Origin: Escherichia phage SSBS18_WS_10_728
Length of the DNA stretch: 64,000 nt
Reading direction: 5' to 3' (one strand)
Sequence record: MT322327.1
The translations under genes and the position numbers were made by a program. Numbering within the stretch: position 1 is the stretch's first letter; every line of letters begins with the position of its first letter. A model generated the notes under the pieces. The model was given only the letters and a program-made list of their open reading frames with translations, was not told the origin of the DNA and searched no databases. Below are positions 56,703-64,000 of the stretch, in pieces.

Positions 56703-56921
56703 ATGAAACTTTCAGACGTTATTCAGCAACTTCACGACAACTGCTATACTCCAGAGTTGATTCAAGATATGCTTATTGTAGTTATGCCTAGCAAGTTCGT
56801 AAAAGGTTTTAATAGTGAATCTTTAAAGTCTGCGCATATCCTTATCGTTGACGGTAAGATTGCAAGAGACCGTACAGGTGTTCTTAAGGGTGAACGTATC
56901 AATATTGACTTATCATTTTAA
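56703..56921 (+). CDS. hypothetical protein
   Basis: 72-aa ORF with GGAGG RBS. Confidence 0.45.
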   Translation: MKLSDVIQQLHDNCYTPELIQDMLIVVMPSKFVKGFNSESLKSAHILIVDGKIARDRTGVLKGERINIDLSF

Positions 56922-56930
56922 GGAAAAGGT

Positions 56931-57137
56931 ATGGAAGTCCTAGTAAACTATATCTATTGTTATGATGTTGTTCACTCCACTACAACCGTAGCTCAACGTA
57001 ACCCAATCGTCCCACGAGAAGGTGAGTTTGTTCGAATCGATGGTTGGACTTACACTGTGGAAAGCATCATTCATAAGTTTGATGTTGCTGGTGATGTACA
57101 GGTTATTGACGTAGAGATTGGTGGTAAGAGAAAATGA
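56931..57137 (+). CDS. hypothetical protein
   Basis: 68-aa ORF. Confidence 0.4.
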   Translation: MEVLVNYIYCYDVVHSTTTVAQRNPIVPREGEFVRIDGWTYTVESIIHKFDVAGDVQVIDVEIGGKRK

Positions 57138-57352
57138 CTGTAGAAGATAAATTAAAGAACGCAGTTCTTACAGAAGATGGTGCGCTTGAAACATTCATTC
57201 TTCGTGTTGATGGTAAGTTATTCCGGTGTCGTTGTGGGTCAAACTGTTTCCATAAACCAGATAAAAACGACTTAGAGCTTTACGCATGTAATGCTTGCGA
57301 CACTTGGTATCACTCAGAGGTTAAAAATGACAATTCTATACAAACAAAATAA
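57134..57352 (+). CDS. zinc-ribbon protein
   Basis: CRCGSNC...CNAC motifs. Confidence 0.45.
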   Translation: MTVEDKLKNAVLTEDGALETFILRVDGKLFRCRCGSNCFHKPDKNDLELYACNACDTWYHSEVKNDNSIQTK

Positions 57353-58427
57353 AGATGGCTCTTTTAACGTCTGGTCATGCGTTGCTGTAGGTGACAAAGT
57401 TATTACAACCTACGGTAAAGAAAATGGCAAGATGATGTTTGAAGAGTATACAGCAGAACCGAAAAACATCGGTAAAAAGAATGAGCGTAACGCTGAACAG
57501 CAAGCTCTCTTTGAAGTTGCTGCTAAGTATAAAAAGCAGGTTGACCGTAAAGGCTACGCTTACACAAAAGAGTCTGCACAGAATACTGAGAAGGTAGGTG
57601 TGCAGCTTGCTCATGATGCTGCAAAGGTTAGTCATGCAAAGTATCTGAAGTTCCCTGCTGACGCTCAACCAAAACTTGATGGTGTCCGTTGTAGGATTTC
57701 AAGAGATGCTGATTCAGTCAGCTTCACGGCTTATTCTCGTGAGAATACTGTTTACAACGTCCCAGAAGAACTAATCCCAGATTTGCTTTTGTTGCTTAAA
57801 TTTCATCCACAAGTAGAAGACTTTGATGGTGAGATTTATGCTCATGGTTGGGACTTAGAAGATATTGTGTCTATGATTAAGAATGCTGACAATCCAGACC
57901 GACATCTACTCCAGTTCTACTGGTACGATATCTGTGACAGTACTAAGACGTGGCCTGAGCGTAGAGATATTATTGAGACTTCACCATTGAATGACTTTAG
58001 AGATGGCTGTAAAGTTGTCCCTGTTAAGTCTCGTCGTGTAAATTCTTGGGAAGAGTTCGATGAAGCTCATGATAAGTGGGTTGAAGTTAAGTTTGAAGGT
58101 GCAATGTACCGTTCAATCTCTGAAGACTCCTTTTATGAGTGCTGTCACCGTTCATACTTCTTGATTAAGCACAAGAAGATGCACACTGAAGAGTTTAAAG
58201 TAACTGGTGTAAAGACCGATAAACGTGGTCATGGCAAGTTCGTTGTAGAGACTCTTCCTAACGTCTTTGTAGATGTCTCATGGAAGACTACTCATGAGAA
58301 GAAACAGTATCTTGCTGAGCATCCTGAAGAGTTTATCGGGAAACCTTTAACGGTTCAGTTCCAGAAGATGACTCGTAAGGGGTCTTTACAGTTTCCTGTT
58401 GGTCTCGTTATTAGGGATTATGAGTAA
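57327..58427 (+). CDS. ATP-dependent DNA ligase
   Basis: Motif I KLDGVR with downstream EGAMYR and IKHKK; start at ATG 57327 (GAGG RBS). Confidence 0.65.
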   Translation: MTILYKQNKDGSFNVWSCVAVGDKVITTYGKENGKMMFEEYTAEPKNIGKKNERNAEQQALFEVAAKYKKQVDRKGYAYTKESAQNTEKVGVQLAHDAAKVSHAKYLKFPADAQPKLDGVRCRISRDADSVSFTAYSRENTVYNVPEELIPDLLLLLKFHPQVEDFDGEIYAHGWDLEDIVSMIKNADNPDRHLLQFYWYDICDSTKTWPERRDIIETSPLNDFRDGCKVVPVKSRRVNSWEEFDEAHDKWVEVKFEGAMYRSISEDSFYECCHRSYFLIKHKKMHTEEFKVTGVKTDKRGHGKFVVETLPNVFVDVSWKTTHEKKQYLAEHPEEFIGKPLTVQFQKMTRKGSLQFPVGLVIRDYE

Positions 58428-58499
58428 AAAGTTGTTGACATAGAAAATTTGGTGAGTATACTGAGCAGCATAAACCAACGGGTACTCACCAGCATCACT

Positions 58500-58760
58500 T
58501 AAGAGTCTTTTAAGAGGGTTTTTAAGTGATGTCCGGTCGGGTGAGGTAGGGTTAAGTATTGTCCGGTACGGTCGGGTAAAGTACGGTATGGTAAGGCAAG
58601 GCTAGGTCTGGTATGGGTAGTTAATCGGAGCTACATTAAAATGAGACTTACCTTTTTAAAAGGTCTTTGAAGAGGGTCTTTTAACAAAGTATTGTATGGT
58701 ATAGTTTGGTTAGGTATGGTAGGGTATGGTAAGGTAATGTATGGAAGGATGGCAGTAGCC
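58500..58760. repeat. G/T-rich tandem short-repeat array
   Basis: About 15 spaced copies of GGTAtGG / GGTAAGG / GGTAGGG; noncoding. Confidence 0.6.
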
Positions 58761-58868
58761 TTATAAAAAATCTGCCAAATAAGCTATAAAATCTGTTGAC
58801 AAGTCAGGTGTTATAGCTTATTTTTATACTCAATGTAATACAAAATTTAATATAACTTTGAGGTCATT

Positions 58869-59252
58869 ATGAAAAAGATTTTATTAGCTGCTGCAATGGT
58901 TATGGCAATAAATTTACCAGTCAATGCAACAGAACTCCCAAATGTGGACTTATCAGGTGTTCCAGAAGATACTTGCCAGATTGTTAAAGGTGTTGCGCTA
59001 TCTAAAGGTGAGCTACTTAAACCAATCTCTGAAGAGTCTTTGACAGAGATGACTGATAAGGTAACTGACTACCAGTATCGTGTTCTTGGAGAGTATTTCC
59101 TGCAATCTGCAAATATTAAAGAAAAGCACCATGATGATATTGATGTACAGGCTATGCTCAACCATCGCATCCAGTTTAAAGAAGATTTGATGCAAAAAGC
59201 TATGTATGGTGTTGAGTATTTCTTAGAAAACAGAAGCTGCACAGGTATTTGA
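58869..59252 (+). CDS. secreted protein (signal peptide)
   Basis: N-terminus MKKILLAAAMVMAINLPVNA. Confidence 0.5.
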   Translation: MKKILLAAAMVMAINLPVNATELPNVDLSGVPEDTCQIVKGVALSKGELLKPISEESLTEMTDKVTDYQYRVLGEYFLQSANIKEKHHDDIDVQAMLNHRIQFKEDLMQKAMYGVEYFLENRSCTGI

Positions 59253-59253
59253 T

Positions 59254-59466
59254 ATGGCTCTTAAAAAGTTACACCCCAGAAGCGGTTATGGTAAGATAAT
59301 TGACGATACAGACGGCTTTACAGTCTTTACAGTTATCTGTCAAGATGATTCACAGATTGAAAAGGCTCTTGACGATTATCTTAATGATGAACGTGAAAAG
59401 GTTAGGGCTACAAACATAGATTCACTGATTGACACTTCACGCAAACGGAAGAAGAAAGATGAATGA
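59254..59466 (+). CDS. hypothetical protein
   Basis: 70-aa ORF. Confidence 0.4.
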   Translation: MALKKLHPRSGYGKIIDDTDGFTVFTVICQDDSQIEKALDDYLNDEREKVRATNIDSLIDTSRKRKKKDE

Positions 59467-59758
59467 GGTTTTTGACCCTTATGCTCCACAAGATGATTGG
59501 GAGGCTGACAGAGAGGCTGAAATGGAGAGTTATATTTGTCCAATGGATGTAGACGAAATGAGAGATTTCGTTGCACATCGTTTTAAGAGAGAGATTAAAT
59601 CCAGAGGTCTTTCTCAAGAGCAAGTTGCTAAAATTTGTGGTATCTCTCAGGCTCGTGTATCCAACATAATCCACCTCACTGGTAATGTCTCCCTTGAGTA
59701 TATGTTGGAAGTATGCGAAAAATTTGGTGTTAATTTTAATTTAAGGCTGGCAGATTAA
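59459..59758 (+). CDS. HTH (XRE-like) DNA-binding protein
   Basis: HTH segment LSQEQVAKICGISQARVSNI; start likely ATG 59459. Confidence 0.5.
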   Translation: MNEVFDPYAPQDDWEADREAEMESYICPMDVDEMRDFVAHRFKREIKSRGLSQEQVAKICGISQARVSNIIHLTGNVSLEYMLEVCEKFGVNFNLRLAD

Positions 59759-59759
59759 T

Positions 59760-60119
59760 ATGAAACGTGAAAACATTATCCACTCTGAAAACTTCGCATT
59801 AGGCTTTTATGGTGTGCCTACTCACCTTGAAAAGTATTATGGTGTAAAGATTCTCTCCAATCTCATTATGGCTTACAAAGATGGTAAGATTAAGCACACT
59901 GAGAAGAAACGTGTCATGGGTTATATGGCTGTAGGTTCAGCAATCTCTAACATTAAGCTGGAGACAACTAGCAGCCAGATTGTGAAAGACCACTTCATCA
60001 AAGAGCTTTACCACAATCTTGATGGTGTAGATGTTCAGGCTGTTTGGCTGGATGTTGATGGTCACAACTACACAAGCTTCGTTTTCAAAAACGATGACAT
60101 TAAATGTTTGTTCCCATAA
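59760..60119 (+). CDS. hypothetical protein
   Basis: 119-aa ORF. Confidence 0.45.
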   Translation: MKRENIIHSENFALGFYGVPTHLEKYYGVKILSNLIMAYKDGKIKHTEKKRVMGYMAVGSAISNIKLETTSSQIVKDHFIKELYHNLDGVDVQAVWLDVDGHNYTSFVFKNDDIKCLFP

Positions 60120-60132
60120 TAGGTGATTAACT

Positions 60133-60648
60133 ATGATTGATATCTACTTACAAGATGCCCATGCAGATTTCCTTAAAACGATGCTTAAAAAGTTTATGGC
60201 TTCACAGGGTGATAATGAAGCATCTTTTAAAATAGTTACATGTGGCGACGAAGCTGGTTTTGTTGAGATTGAACATGAAGGTACTGGAAAGACTGTTTGT
60301 AAGCTACCTGATAGCATGTTCTCTAGCACATTCTTAACAAAGACTAGTATAAATGTTAAGCTTGTACCTCAGATTGAAACATACTCTGGTACAGATTACC
60401 CCAAAGGTTTTAAGTCACTGATGAAGTACTTCTTAGATGACTTTGTGAGTAATCTTCTGAGAGAGGTAAAAGAAAGTCGTACAGTGTTGACTGTAGAGAA
60501 TATGGGAGGCACTATTAGAGTTACTTCTGACTGCTTTGTTATGAGCCTCTTTGACTTCGTTCCTAAGAACTTTTATGGTATTCTGGATGAAGAAGATGAC
60601 TGTGTAGACTTTATATTGGCTCTTGAGCCAGTTTTTGAGGTTAAATAA
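60133..60648 (+). CDS. hypothetical protein
   Basis: 171-aa ORF. Confidence 0.45.
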   Translation: MIDIYLQDAHADFLKTMLKKFMASQGDNEASFKIVTCGDEAGFVEIEHEGTGKTVCKLPDSMFSSTFLTKTSINVKLVPQIETYSGTDYPKGFKSLMKYFLDDFVSNLLREVKESRTVLTVENMGGTIRVTSDCFVMSLFDFVPKNFYGILDEEDDCVDFILALEPVFEVK

Positions 60649-60909
60649 ATGAAAATTGAACACTGCTATGAGTCTGACGGAGCACCTATCCGTTGTCCAC
60701 ATTGTGGATGTACAGACTTACAAGGCGAGGTAAGTGAAATAGTCAACGGTCATATTGCGGAAGAGAGTACAAGGTGCACAGGGTGTAGTGAAATTATTGC
60801 TTTCTGGGCTTATGGTTCATACCAACCTACACCACACTTAATCTACCATAGCAATAAAGCTGTGAAGAATGTTATCAACTGGTTCATTAAGAAAGGATTT
60901 ACAAAATGA
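60649..60909 (+). CDS. hypothetical zinc-binding protein
   Basis: CPHCGC...CTGCS motifs. Confidence 0.4.
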   Translation: MKIEHCYESDGAPIRCPHCGCTDLQGEVSEIVNGHIAEESTRCTGCSEIIAFWAYGSYQPTPHLIYHSNKAVKNVINWFIKKGFTK

Positions 60910-61451
60910 TTAAATTAATCTTTGCAAGTGGTGAAAATGGTGAGTTTGGTACTCCAACTGGTATGCCGTGGCCTCGACATAAACAGGATATGCAAGAGTT
61001 TAAGAGACTCACTAAAAACAACTTAGTAGTGATGGGTAATGAAACTTTCAAGACTCTGGGAAGTAAGCCTTTACCAGAACGTGCAAACCTCATCTTAACA
61101 AATTCTGTACCATATTTAGGCATAGATTTTGGCAAAGATGATGTAATGTATGCTAAGGCCAGTAAAGAATCCTTTGGAGCATTTTTGAACTATCTTGATA
61201 GCTCTATTGATGAAGATGTCTTTGTAATTGGTGGTGCAGGTGTCCTTGTCAATGCTTTACCGTATGCTGGTGTAGTTTTCCATACAGTTTTCCATAAAGT
61301 TACTGAAGAGGCCACTGTGCATTTACCTTTTGAAAACTTCTTTGAGAAGCTGTATGATAACCGTGTATTTACAAAGGTGCAGTCAAAACCATCAGAGGAT
61401 GGTAAAGCAACCTTTGAAATTTATGTTCCACAAGTAAAAGGACACTTTTGA
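60906..61451 (+). CDS. folA: dihydrofolate reductase
   Basis: N-terminal LIFASGENGEFG...MPW and VVMGNETF align with DHFR. Confidence 0.8.
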   Translation: MIKLIFASGENGEFGTPTGMPWPRHKQDMQEFKRLTKNNLVVMGNETFKTLGSKPLPERANLILTNSVPYLGIDFGKDDVMYAKASKESFGAFLNYLDSSIDEDVFVIGGAGVLVNALPYAGVVFHTVFHKVTEEATVHLPFENFFEKLYDNRVFTKVQSKPSEDGKATFEIYVPQVKGHF

Positions 61452-61452
61452 T

Positions 61453-62352
61453 ATGTCACAAGCAGATACAAGTTACAAAAATATCCTGAACCATGTTTTA
61501 TCAGTTGGTGAACTGCGTACTACACGAACTGGAGATGTTATCTCTGCTTTTGCTCCACCTCAGTTTCGTTTTGATATGCGAACTGGTTTCCCGCTCTTAA
61601 CATCTAAACAGGTGTTTACACGGCAAGTTATTGGGGAAGCTTTATGGTTCCTGAACGGTGAGAATAAACTGGGTGAACTCCGTTACCGTACTTGGGGTGA
61701 AAATGATGGGGAACGCTGGACTATCTGGTCAGATGATTTTAAACGCTGGTTAAGCTCTAATTATTCTTCTGAACAAGATTGGTTAGAGGATGCAGGTGGG
61801 AGAATCTATGGGGTTCAGTGGAGAAACTTCGAAGGTCATAACGGTTGTGTTGTAGACCAGCTAGAGACCTTAGTAACGAAGATGAAGGGTGATATCACAG
61901 ACCGTTACATGCTTGTTAATGCTTGGAATGCAGCAGATATTGCAGCAAACTCAATGGCTTTAGCACCTTGTCATGTTCTGTTTCAGATTTATATCACTAA
62001 TGAGGGTGAAGTTGACTTACAATGGTATCAACGTTCAGTAGACACCTTTTTAGGACTTCCGTTTAATATTGCTTCTTATGGTTTTATTCTGGAAGTTCTT
62101 TGTAAGATGACTGGATACACTCCACGGTACTTGATAGGTGTCTTTGGAGATACTCAGATTTATCAGAACCATATGAAGCAGGTTTATGAACTGATGAACA
62201 ATGAAGAGTTCCATGCACCAACTTTTGAGATTGGCCTACCACTTAACACTTTAAGTGACTTAAAACATCTTACCGCAAGTGACTTTATCGGTGGAATTAA
62301 CAACTACCAACATGCAGGAAAGATTGAAGCACCTTTGTCAGTAGGTAAATAA
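61453..62352 (+). CDS. thyA: thymidylate synthase
   Basis: Active-site region LAPCHVLFQIYI and R..RTGD..S motif. Confidence 0.8.
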   Translation: MSQADTSYKNILNHVLSVGELRTTRTGDVISAFAPPQFRFDMRTGFPLLTSKQVFTRQVIGEALWFLNGENKLGELRYRTWGENDGERWTIWSDDFKRWLSSNYSSEQDWLEDAGGRIYGVQWRNFEGHNGCVVDQLETLVTKMKGDITDRYMLVNAWNAADIAANSMALAPCHVLFQIYITNEGEVDLQWYQRSVDTFLGLPFNIASYGFILEVLCKMTGYTPRYLIGVFGDTQIYQNHMKQVYELMNNEEFHAPTFEIGLPLNTLSDLKHLTASDFIGGINNYQHAGKIEAPLSVGK

Positions 62353-62355
62353 AAC

Positions 62356-62382
62356 AAAAAGGCTCCCGTAAAAAAAGGAGCC
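62356..62382. terminator. bidirectional rho-independent terminator
   Basis: Hairpin GGCTCC-N-GGAGCC flanked by A-runs and T-runs between convergent genes. Confidence 0.55.
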
Positions 62383-62389
62383 TTAAACT

Positions 62390-62761
62390 TTACTTTTCAG
62401 TATTCTTTGTGTTCTTTTCAGTAATAGCTTGGAGGGCTGATACTGACTGAGCCAGATTGTTCACACTATCAGAGAATTTATCAAGAGTCTTAGTAAGTTT
62501 TGCGTTTTCACCCTTAACATTCTCTAACTGGACTTTCTGGTTCTCCATCCCTAGCTGAAGCAGCCTCATATCAGACTGTAAATCACGAATAGCTGAATAA
62601 TTACTTTTGGAATAATTATCTAGCTGCTGTAACTTTGTTGTGATAGACACTTCTTGCTTACCATCCGAGACTTGCATGGTGGTATACATACCAATAACAC
62701 TAAAAATACCAACTACAATTGCACCAATATTATTTTTAAAAGCTTCCTCTAGCCACTTCAT
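62390..62761 (-). CDS. membrane-anchored coiled-coil protein
   Basis: N-terminal TM helix then Gln/Leu-rich helical region. Confidence 0.45.
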   Translation of the reverse strand: MKWLEEAFKNNIGAIVVGIFSVIGMYTTMQVSDGKQEVSITTKLQQLDNYSKSNYSAIRDLQSDMRLLQLGMENQKVQLENVKGENAKLTKTLDKFSDSVNNLAQSVSALQAITEKNTKNTEK

Positions 62762-62955
62762 TTATTCTCCCCCTTAAAAGCTTTTTCTAAGTTATCTACG
62801 AACTCATCATCAATAGGTGTGTCTGTCTTACTCGCAAGGTATCTTGCAAGCCTAAAGAACACTTTCTCAATCATGTATTCACTTAGAAGGGATAAAATGA
62901 GTTTCCAGAAGAAGCTACCTAGATTTTTTAGAAGAATTGCTAGGATTGTAGGCAT
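62758..62955 (-). CDS. small membrane protein (holin-like?)
   Basis: 65-aa ORF with hydrophobic N-terminus. Confidence 0.35.
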   Translation of the reverse strand: MPTILAILLKNLGSFFWKLILSLLSEYMIEKVFFRLARYLASKTDTPIDDEFVDNLEKAFKGENK

Positions 62956-63034
62956 TTAATCACCTCATCAGCCAAGATGGTGAGAATACCCATAAAGAAT
63001 ATTAACACCATCTTAACAATCAGTCAACAAGGGA

Positions 63035-63973
63035 TTAAGCAGTTCTCACCCAAGCCATTAACTTGTAGAACTGGTTAGTAACACTAAATGCTGAACCAGA
63101 ACCTGTACCACCAGTGTTGCCACTTACTGTATGACTGTGAGCACCAATACCAACACTGTGAGCGTGGTTACCAGCAGAACCAGCAGTACCACTTACAGAG
63201 TGGGTGTGAGCACCACCGCCATCAGTGTAACCCGGACCTGTACCGATTCTACCACCACCACCACCAGAATAGTGTGTAGAGTTCTGACCAATCCATGAGA
63301 TAGCGTGGTTGTGGTGACCAGCAGATGAAGTAGAGCCACTTACAGAGTGGGTGTGAGCACCAGTCGTGTTAGTGTTTTTGGTTCCGTAGTCAAAAGATGA
63401 AGTGGTAGCAGAAAAACTGTGAGTGTGTGAAGGCAAGTTCCCAACAGCTAACGTCACAGAGTCTGAACCACCAGTTGTAGCAACATCTGAACCGTTTGCT
63501 GCTGCAATTCTGATAGTTCTACCAACACCATTGTTGAGGTACGTCCAAGTTAGACCAGGCAGTGCTGTATTAGGGTTAACATTACTGTTAAACCACGTTA
63601 CAATACCAACTGGATAGATTTTATTAAGGTCTGTAGAGTCACTTACTGCCTGTGCAATCTTCTGGTCAGTTTCAGCTTTAGTGTATGCACCAAGCTCCGA
63701 AGGGGTTGGCTTCTGAGCCTCTGTGTAAACCTTAGACCACTTAGCCTCAAAACCTTTACTGTCTACAGATGTTCTGTACCACATCCCACCATTTTTATAC
63801 TGGAACTTTAGTTGCGCACAGGCAGTAGAAGATGGCACCGCCTGATACATTTGAAATACAAGTGATGTGTAATCACCATTTGGTGATGTTACATTATATA
63901 AGCCTGTTTTAGCGTTCCATGCCACACCATCTGCATTCTGCTCTGTGCCATTCCCTGTAGAACCTGCAAGCAT
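63035..63973 (-). CDS. tail fibre protein fragment with His-rich HxH repeats (possibly continues beyond window)
   Basis: Repeated GxHTHSVSG / HAHSV / HSHTVSG motifs like metal-binding fibre tips. Confidence 0.5.
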   Translation of the reverse strand: MLAGSTGNGTEQNADGVAWNAKTGLYNVTSPNGDYTSLVFQMYQAVPSSTACAQLKFQYKNGGMWYRTSVDSKGFEAKWSKVYTEAQKPTPSELGAYTKAETDQKIAQAVSDSTDLNKIYPVGIVTWFNSNVNPNTALPGLTWTYLNNGVGRTIRIAAANGSDVATTGGSDSVTLAVGNLPSHTHSFSATTSSFDYGTKNTNTTGAHTHSVSGSTSSAGHHNHAISWIGQNSTHYSGGGGGRIGTGPGYTDGGGAHTHSVSGTAGSAGNHAHSVGIGAHSHTVSGNTGGTGSGSAFSVTNQFYKLMAWVRTA

Positions 63974-64000
63974 GAATCTCTGATTAGCTGCTGTCTGAGT

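Noticed and set aside
1-64000. Temperate or prophage features (integrase, repressor, att sites)
   Set aside because: No integrase, recombinase or CI-like repressor motifs were seen; gene content (tRNA cluster, RNRs, own replisome, nucleotide kinases) indicates a virulent phage.

Overview
This window looks like part of the early (host-takeover, nucleotide-metabolism and replication) region of a large virulent tailed phage with T5-/T7-/T4-like gene content. From left to right: (1) a minus-strand tRNA cluster (about 0.2-5.3 kb) with at least 27 tRNA genes found by manual folding, interspersed with repeated hairpin elements and sigma70-like promoters; (2) a vWA-domain gene and a plus-strand block (7.5-14.7 kb) containing a GH24 lysozyme and Ig-like-repeat proteins; (3) a 1.6-kb repeat-dense noncoding region (14.8-16.4 kb); (4) an array of 15 small minus-strand genes (16.4-22.7 kb), 13 of which carry a near-identical ~40-nt leader/RBS cassette (two are translationally coupled to a neighbour) plus one of two hairpin modules; (5) a minus-strand block with a macro-domain protein, an Rz/Rz1-like overlapping pair, a signal-peptide lytic transglycosylase, an Hsp90/GHKL-like ATPase, an adjacent Prs-like + NAMPT-like pair (NAD+ salvage or reconstitution, likely anti-defence), aerobic and anaerobic ribonucleotide reductases, a flap endonuclease, an SSB-like protein, a T7 gp4-like primase-helicase and a dNMP kinase; (6) a plus-strand block with a family-A DNA polymerase interrupted by a ~267-nt group I intron, an HNH-AP2 endonuclease, an ATP-dependent ligase, DHFR and thymidylate synthase; (7) the start of a structural region with a His-rich tail-fibre fragment at the right edge. 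All calls rest on reading the sequence and ORF translations for motifs; no database search or folding program was run, so tRNA isotypes and exact gene starts are provisional.
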